A stretch of 63,733 bases of DNA, counting the filler. It is 6 parts of 6 records of this genome, joined end to end, with 100 filler letters (N's around TTAATTAATTAA, not from the genome) between each part and the next. Parts side by side here need not be neighbours in the genome. Positions count along the whole stretch, not along the records: positions 57,766 to 63,733 come from SRR31156797_27597; 5 more parts are not named here. One strand, written 5' to 3'. The notes below the pieces were generated by a model. The model was not told the DNA's origin. It was given only the letters and a program-made list of their open reading frames with translations, and ran no database searches. The translations under genes were made by a program, and so were the position numbers. Below are positions 60,660 through 63,733 of this stretch, in pieces (position 1 is the first letter of the stretch; the number at the start of each line of letters is the position of its first letter).

Positions 60660-62948
60660 ATGAAAATCTGTTCCAGATTTATTATTCTTCTAATTGTAAC
60701 ATTCATATCTTTTTATGGGTGTGCAACAAACGAGGAAAAAATAGAAAGTTACATTCAAAAAGGTGGAGAATACTTCACAGTTAAAGAATATAAAAAAGCA
60801 GAAATAGAATTTAAAAATGCACTTCAATTAGATAATAAAAATATTGAAGCCCTGATAAAACTCGGTGATACATATATGAAGCTGGGGCAGTTGAAAAATG
60901 CTTTTGTTGCTTACTTGAATGTTGAAAAAATAGATCCGGATAATTCAGATGCACTATTCCATTTAGCAAAATTTTATTTTTTAGATAGAAAGTGGCCGGA
61001 AGCAAAGAAACGAATTGATAAAATTCTTGAAAAAAACACCGATGATCTTAATGCCCTTTTTTTAAAAGGGCAAATTTTTGTTCAGGAAAAAAATTTAAAA
61101 AATGCCCAACTTATTTTTGAAAAAATACTCGGAATAAAAAGGGATCATGTGGCAGCACTTCAAGGAATGGGAAGTGTGATGGCCATGTCACAAAAATATA
61201 AAGAGGCAGAAAGCTATCTGATCAAAGCAGTAGAAGCTGCAGAACAAAAGGCTAAACCAAGGTTTATTCTTACTCAGTTTTATCTTTCCATGAGAAAATT
61301 GAGTAAAGCTGAGGAGCAGTTGCAAATATCAGCGTCAGAAAATCCTGGAAATGCAGATCACCAAATCCTCATAGGAAATATTTATTTAAAGGTTAATAAT
61401 AAAGAAAAAGCTGAAATAGCATTTAAAAAAGCCCTTGATCTTCAACCTGATAAAACGCGGCCTTATATTACACTTGCTGCATTTTATAATGCTGTCAATA
61501 AATTTGACGAAGCCCTGAAACTATACGAAAAAGCCCTAAGCCTTGATCCTGATAATATAAATATAAAGCTTGTTCTTTCTAGATTTTTTTATAATCAAAA
61601 AGATTTTGATAAATCAAAAGATTTGATAAATGAAATTTTAACAGATCGTCCTAAATTTAATGGCGCAAGGATACTTAAAAGTGAACTTCTTGTCAGGGAA
61701 AGAAAATTCAATGATGCTTTAGAAATTCTTTTAGAAGTAGAAAAAGAAGAACCCCGGGCAGTTCAAGTTCATTATATTAAAGGGTTATGCCATTTAGGGC
61801 TGGGAGATATAAACGAAGCGTCAAAAGATGTGCATAAATCAGTGGAATTAAAGCCTGATTATATTCCAGCTATAATACTTTTATCTGATATATATTTACG
61901 TCAGCATTCGTATAATCTTGCCGTAAATAAAATAACTGATCTGATAAAGTCAAAACCGGATATTTACAGTGCATATTTTATCAGGGGAAATGCTTTTATT
62001 GGAATAAATAAATTAAAAGAGGCGGAAAAAGATTACGATAAACTGATACAACTAGATCCGAATAATCCTACAGGCTATTATCGAAAAGGATTTATTAAAT
62101 CAAAGCTAAAAGAGTTCGAACAGGCAGATGCCTTGCTCAACAAAGCGTATAAGTTGAATAACAAACTGATGGATGTATTTATTTTAAGAGTAAATATAGC
62201 ACTGGCTCAAAAACAGTTTTTAAAGGCCCATAAACTTTGTGAACAGCAGGTTGAAAATATAAAAGAAAACAATGGAGCTACTGCCCACGTATTGAATACA
62301 TGGGCAAAGGTTCATCTTTCTGAAAGAAAAATAGAAGAAGCAAAAAACAAACTGTACAAATCCATTGAAATCGCTCCGGATTATCTTGAATCCTATAATA
62401 TGCTTGGAAGAATTTATATATCTGAAAAAGACATAAATAATGCAAAAGAGCAATACAGGATAATGATAGAAAAAAATCCGAAGAATGCAACGCCTCATAT
62501 GCTGATGGCAACTTTATATGAAGCAGAAAAAGATTATAGTACTGCCGAAACACACTATCGAAAAGCATTAGAAATAAGTCCTGAATATGCGGCAGCCGCA
62601 AATAACCTAGCATATCATTTAGCTGAAAGAACGAATAAGTATGATGAAGCATTGGTTTATGCTAAAATAGCAAAATCCAAGTTTCCTGAAGACCCTCGAA
62701 TAATGGAAACAATGGGTTATGCCTGGTATAAAAAAGAATTTTATGGTAACGCGATCGCTGAATTTTCAGACAGCCTTAAAAAACTGCCCGATCGTCCTAT
62801 TGCAAGATATCATCTAGGGCTGGCTTACTATAAAAAAGGGAATAAGACTCTGGCTAAAAAAGAATTAACCAAGGCACTTGAAATAAAATCTGATTTTTCA
62901 GGTGCTGATCATGCCAGGTCATTAATCGGGGAGATTAATAAAGAATGA
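60660..62948 (+). CDS. Long TPR-repeat lipoprotein (PrsT-like)
   Basis: Lipobox FYGC, AEIEFKNALQ.D, about 20 TPRs, C-terminal AANNLAY...ETMGYAWYK...YHLGLAY. Confidence 0.85.
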   Translation: MKICSRFIILLIVTFISFYGCATNEEKIESYIQKGGEYFTVKEYKKAEIEFKNALQLDNKNIEALIKLGDTYMKLGQLKNAFVAYLNVEKIDPDNSDALFHLAKFYFLDRKWPEAKKRIDKILEKNTDDLNALFLKGQIFVQEKNLKNAQLIFEKILGIKRDHVAALQGMGSVMAMSQKYKEAESYLIKAVEAAEQKAKPRFILTQFYLSMRKLSKAEEQLQISASENPGNADHQILIGNIYLKVNNKEKAEIAFKKALDLQPDKTRPYITLAAFYNAVNKFDEALKLYEKALSLDPDNINIKLVLSRFFYNQKDFDKSKDLINEILTDRPKFNGARILKSELLVRERKFNDALEILLEVEKEEPRAVQVHYIKGLCHLGLGDINEASKDVHKSVELKPDYIPAIILLSDIYLRQHSYNLAVNKITDLIKSKPDIYSAYFIRGNAFIGINKLKEAEKDYDKLIQLDPNNPTGYYRKGFIKSKLKEFEQADALLNKAYKLNNKLMDVFILRVNIALAQKQFLKAHKLCEQQVENIKENNGATAHVLNTWAKVHLSERKIEEAKNKLYKSIEIAPDYLESYNMLGRIYISEKDINNAKEQYRIMIEKNPKNATPHMLMATLYEAEKDYSTAETHYRKALEISPEYAAAANNLAYHLAERTNKYDEALVYAKIAKSKFPEDPRIMETMGYAWYKKEFYGNAIAEFSDSLKKLPDRPIARYHLGLAYYKKGNKTLAKKELTKALEIKSDFSGADHARSLIGEINKE

Positions 62949-63724
62949 AAAAACTAATATATTTTGGATTCACTATTCCAATCGTATTATTTTTTTTAGT
63001 AATAAATGCAGGTGCTGAACAATTTAGTGGAATCCAGCTGGCCCAGAAGGTATTTGATCGATACAGGGGAAAGGATTCGGTTTCATCAGCCCAAATGGTT
63101 TTAGTAAATAAAAACGGTAAAAAAAGAATCCGGCATTTTACCATTCACAGGATCGAAGAGAAGGGGTTGGAAAAACAACTGACAAGGTTTACTGCGCCTG
63201 CTGATATTGAGGGTACAGGATTTTTAAGTATAGAAAAACAAGGGTGGAAAACAGAACAGTTTTTATATCTTCCGGCGCTTAAGAGAACAAGGAGGGTTGT
63301 AAGTTCTCAAAAGTCGCAAAGATTTGTAAATAGTGATTTTACATATGAAGATATGGAACGCCACCCGGTTTCTAATTATACTTATAATATAGCCGGTTTA
63401 TCAAAACTTGGCAACATGGACTGCTATATACTTGAGTCCCGTCCCAAAAAGGACGTTGAATCCCAATATGGTTTGACCGTCAGTATGGTTTCAAAAGCTA
63501 CGTTTGTTCCGGTTCATATTAAATTTTACGATAAAAAAAATAAGCATATCAAAACCTATACAGTACTAAAACTTGAACAAATTCAAGACATATGGACTGA
63601 AGTGGTTACAAGTATGGAAGATTTAAAAAAAGCACATAAAACATATATAAAACAAGATAAAGTTTCATATAATGAAAACATAAATGCAGATGATATTTCA
63701 CGAAAAAACCTGGAAAATTATTGA
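62945..63724 (+). CDS. Outer-membrane lipoprotein-sorting protein (LolA-like/TP0789 family)
   Basis: Signal peptide, F.APADIEGTGFL, YLPALKRTRR, FVNSDFTYEDM, FYDKK...KT. Confidence 0.85.
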   Translation: MKKLIYFGFTIPIVLFFLVINAGAEQFSGIQLAQKVFDRYRGKDSVSSAQMVLVNKNGKKRIRHFTIHRIEEKGLEKQLTRFTAPADIEGTGFLSIEKQGWKTEQFLYLPALKRTRRVVSSQKSQRFVNSDFTYEDMERHPVSNYTYNIAGLSKLGNMDCYILESRPKKDVESQYGLTVSMVSKATFVPVHIKFYDKKNKHIKTYTVLKLEQIQDIWTEVVTSMEDLKKAHKTYIKQDKVSYNENINADDISRKNLENY

Positions 63725-63733
63725 TCCGGTATC

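Noticed and set aside
1-63733. CRISPR arrays, tRNA/rRNA genes, transposases and integrases
   Set aside because: I saw no regularly spaced direct repeats, RNA gene signatures or recombinase motifs by eye; small elements could have been missed.

Overview
The window is not one locus. It is six unrelated contigs joined by five artificial 100-bp linkers (44 N + TTAATTAATTAA + 44 N) at 13773-13872, 21391-21490, 30398-30497, 41797-41896 and 57666-57765. Taxon guesses come from gene content and protein style only. (1) 1-13772, probably Desulfobacterota: a TetR-associated Opp/Dpp-type ABC importer with a SAM-methyltransferase gene, a decayed second binding-protein gene, and a tightly packed minus-strand operon GNAT(Acetyltransf_6/FemAB-like, missing from the ORF track) - mshA-like GT4 - PIG-L/MshB-like deacetylase - ino1. 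This resembles a mycothiol-like inositol-glucosamine pathway outside Actinobacteria and is the top finding. (2) 13873-21390, a Methanosarcinaceae-like archaeon: top6A, TPR protein, MscS, CutA, CinA-like/nucleotidyltransferase, response regulator, CHASE4 sensor. (3) 21491-30397, Desulfobacteraceae-like: the end of an eCIS-like operon (large unknown protein, tape-measure-like protein, Afp15-like AAA+ ATPase, DUF4157 + NleD/M91-like metallopeptidase cargo, Lgt-like protein). (4) 30498-41796, an alphaproteobacterium: the conserved SPOR-nagZ-scpAB-tatABC-serS-surE-pcm-nlpD-yajC region. (5) 41897-57665, Vibrio-like: zwf-pgl-gnd with a long structured leader, HD-GYP protein, ycdX, cytochrome b562, mgtE, cosR next to proVWX with a visible EctR/CosR-type operator, TPR protein, ERIC-like repeat. 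(6) 57766-63733, Desulfobacula-like: a membrane coiled-coil protein with a RelE-like C-terminus, an ExeA-OmpA ATPase, a PrsT-like TPR lipoprotein and a LolA-like protein. I saw no CRISPR array, rRNA, tRNA or transposase. All family assignments are from motif recognition by eye; no searches were run.
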